A stretch of 64,000 nt of DNA from Candidatus Bathyarchaeota archaeon (GTDB lineage Archaea; Thermoproteota; Bathyarchaeia; Bathyarchaeales; Bathycorpusculaceae). The stretch covers positions 1,248,001 through 1,312,000 of the forward strand of contig CAVZJV010000014.1 in NCBI GenBank assembly GCA_963775685.1. The letters run 5' to 3'. Each line of letters starts with the position of its first letter. Position 1 is the first letter of the stretch. The notes beneath the pieces were generated by a model. The model made no database searches and had not been told where the DNA came from. It was given only the letters and a program-made list of their open reading frames with translations. The translations under genes were made by a program, and so were the position numbers. This document shows, piece after piece, positions 62,673-64,000 of this stretch.

Positions 62673-63248
62673 CTAAAGTGTGCATCTTTTCAGAACTGGA
62701 ATCGTGGCAATTTCATGTGCCCAAGCTTCAATAATATTCCAGTCTCTCGTATCACTTACTTTACTAGTATCCAAACCTTTCTTGCGCAAACTTTTCCGGT
62801 TAACTCTAACAAGAACATCAACAAATAGACCATGGCTTGTGCTGAAATCCAGAAACCCCCCAAATAAACCAAATCCAACAGGTTTTAACCCGAATTGTTC
62901 AGCTGTTTTTTCCAAATAAAGCTTTTTTGCTTTTTCCTGAGACTCTTGTTTCCCGCCAGCCATCTGGCAACTTACAAACAAAGCGGTCTTCTTGGTCCGG
63001 AGCGACGCTGCATTTTTTCCAATGAAATTAAGGGCTTCCTTCGTCCATTTATCAGCTCTTATTCCGCTCCCCACTATGACGAAATCGTATGAATCAACGT
63101 TTTGAGGGCTCCGTTTGGCATCGACAACATTAACGCTATAGCCTTCAGCTTTTAGTGTTGCCCCAATTTTTTCTGCAACCTTGACGGTGCCACCCCATCT
63201 CGAGCCGTAAATTACAAGGGTCTTCATAATCTTTTCACGCTTAAACAA
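62673..63248 (-). CDS. Flavodoxin-domain protein (HemG-like)
   Basis: IYGSRWGGT, DTRDW. Confidence 0.85.
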   Translation of the reverse strand: MFKREKIMKTLVIYGSRWGGTVKVAEKIGATLKAEGYSVNVVDAKRSPQNVDSYDFVIVGSGIRADKWTKEALNFIGKNAASLRTKKTALFVSCQMAGGKQESQEKAKKLYLEKTAEQFGLKPVGFGLFGGFLDFSTSHGLFVDVLVRVNRKSLRKKGLDTSKVSDTRDWNIIEAWAHEIATIPVLKRCTL

Positions 63249-64000
63249 CTATCATTTAATAGGTTCTAAGTGAAGAGATTTATTAATCATATCATAATGA
63301 ACCTGCAAATTACATTTCATTTGATGGGATGATGGTACTGAGTATTATGGTGCTGCTAGGCTGTTGCCAGAACTATGAATAATATAATTCAACAGACGAG
63401 AGACAATATAACTCTGAGGGAGCGAAGGTTGCTACTATGATAGTTTATGAACCTTCAATGTCCGGTGTCCAATTTTAAAGGGACATATACCCTGCTGGAG
63501 CCGTTTGTAGTTGTGCCGATGCTTTTTTGGTTGCCGTTTGAATCTATAACGTCAATTGTTCTTGTCACCGATTGGGTTTGTTGGTTTTAGCTTTTGTCGG
63601 TATAAATATTCCATCCATGGGCTTTGGCTACCGAACGACACCTCTGGGGAAACGGGTTGCTTGAGCCCGCTAGCTTTGTGCCTGCTGCGATGTTGATAAC
63701 TGTATTTCTCTTAACTAAAGGAGTACCGAAAGAGCTTCAAAATAAGTGCCGAAACAATTAAGGCACATAATCCTTTTGCTAACACATTGGATTTGGCAAT
63801 AGCAGTTCGGGACGATGTGTTTCCACGAATAAGTCATTGTTCAGGCGAATGCTCAAAAATTGAGCAGAAAAATTAGGGATTAAATCCCTAGCTTTATTTT
63901 CAGGCTATTCTCCAAGGATCCTACGGAACGCCGGGAACATTTCTGCAGCTCGCTCACGCATTAACAGTTCATAGTATTGATAGATTATACCTACTGAAAG

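Noticed and set aside
414-63092. Numerous antisense and overlapping ORFs in the track (e.g. 9400-9891, 39917-40336, 56952-57545)
   Set aside because: Shadows of well-identified genes on the opposite strand with no recognisable motifs.

Overview
Archaeal chromosome segment. Gene content and order (TBP, dtdA-secE-spt5-uL11-uL1-uL10, Lhr, Cren7-like protein, PQQ-type beta-propeller surface proteins, TrmB regulators) fit a TACK archaeon, most likely Bathyarchaeia; this lineage call is an inference. The main accessory feature is an AT-rich ~8.9 kb integrated element (12623-21567). It is bounded by an 11-bp direct repeat (ATTTGTATAGC) inside the tRNA m2G10 methyltransferase gene trm11. The element supplies a diverged replacement C-terminus for Trm11, and the original 3' end is left stranded in front of rnz. 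Its genes all lie on the minus strand: a tyrosine recombinase with non-canonical catalytic motifs, a PD-(D/E)XK-like protein, several zinc-finger/RHH proteins and two cargo genes. It also carries a non-coding ~80-bp-period array of 5-3-5 hairpins whose stem sequence changes in every copy while pairing and flanking motifs are kept. Other points of note: a lysine 2,3-aminomutase coupled to an EctA-type acetyltransferase, an unannotated Cren7-like gene, two loci where ftsZ often sits but is absent, and a possible cas1-like remnant at a deletion or assembly junction. Many non-core genes are frameshifted, at homopolymer runs where inspected, probably from long-read indels. No tRNA, rRNA or CRISPR array was found.
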